A stretch of DNA of 64,000 bases from Eledone cirrhosa (Eukaryota). The stretch is taken from contig OZ024754.1 in assembly GCA_964016885.1 (NCBI GenBank), positions 23,870,001 to 23,934,000 on the forward strand, written 5' to 3'. The notes under the pieces were generated by a model. The model made no database searches. It saw nothing but the letters and a program-made list of their open reading frames with translations, and was not told where the DNA came from. The translations under genes were made by a program, and so were the position numbers. Positions 63,265 to 64,000 of this stretch are shown in pieces (positions within the stretch are counted from its first letter, which is position 1; each line of letters starts with the position of its first letter).

Positions 63265-64000
63265 GCATAAGTTTAGCAGACGCTTATTATAGCGCTTGCT
63301 TTGTTCGTTTGTCAACAAACTGAACAGCCTGAATTTATGCCATACGGTGTTAAGGCAACCACGTCACCTTTTTGTTCAACACTGACACAGGAACGATGTA
63401 CTAGTTTCAAGCTTGTTAGCTATCATCAGCACCGTTTACCCATCTGCCAGATAGTTGAACGTTCGAAAGTATATACTTTCCTTATGAAAATTAACGGCTG
63501 AGCAGCCTAATTTGCATATTGAGTGAGTTAAATCGGTCAGGCATACCGAAAACGATAAGTTGAAAAAAATGAAAACGAAACGAAAATGAAAACTGTACGT
63601 CTGTATACATATATGTATGTACGTATACATACATACTTACATTTAAGTAAGTGCCATACTAAGAGTGAGAAATGAAATTTCGTTTTTCGTTTTCATTTTT
63701 TTCAACTTATCGTTTTCGGTATGCCTGACCGATTTAACTCACTCAATATGCAAATTAGGCTGCTCAGCCGTTAATTTTCATAAGGAAAGTATATACTTTC
63801 GAACGTTCAACTATCTGGCAGATGGGTAAACGGTGCTGATGATAGCTAACAAGCTTGAAACTAGTACATCGTTCCTGTGTCAGTGTTTAACAAAAAGGTG
63901 ACGTGGTTGCCTTAACACCGTATGGCATAAATTCAGGCTGTTCAGTTTGTTGACAAACGAACAAAGCAAGCGCTATAATAAGCGTCTGCTAAACTGATGC
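63265..64000. repeat. Long near-perfect inverted repeat: arms 63265-63585 and 63678-64000, ~92-bp spacer, running off the window
   Basis: GTTTAGCAGACGCTTATTATAGCGCTTGC.. is mirrored by ..GCAAGCGCTATAATAAGCGTCTGCTAAAC; only two substitutions and one short indel noticed. Confidence 0.95.

Overview
Eukaryotic, repeat-only heterochromatin with TTAGGG-type telomere repeats and abundant (TA)n. It looks like an aquatic invertebrate, and a cephalopod mollusc is only a guess. No intact host gene is present. 1-46343 is a telomere-like G/T-rich satellite (32-bp unit GTCTAA-GTCTAA-GGCTTG-GGGTTG-GGGTTT-AA) with kb-scale higher-order duplications and a 5.3-kb inverted block whose left end carries perfect CCCTAA repeats. 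46340-52600 holds six CpG-rich fold-back modules full of GCGCATGCGC (NRF1-type) and CCGGAAAT (ETS-type) motifs, separated by almost pure A/T spacers. 52600-53880 is a degenerate (CCCTAA)n array, and 53881-55221 is more satellite. 55287-62246 is a dead Penelope-like retroelement (RT + C-terminal GIY-YIG, Hydra-clade features) inserted in (TA)n, with pseudo-LTRs, a 2.36-kb inverted 3' copy and three hammerhead-like RNA motifs lacking most of the CUGANGA core. A ~600-bp probable non-autonomous RTE-LINE derivative and a long near-perfect palindrome reaching the window edge follow. All alignments were made by eye, so boundaries are approximate to a few bases.
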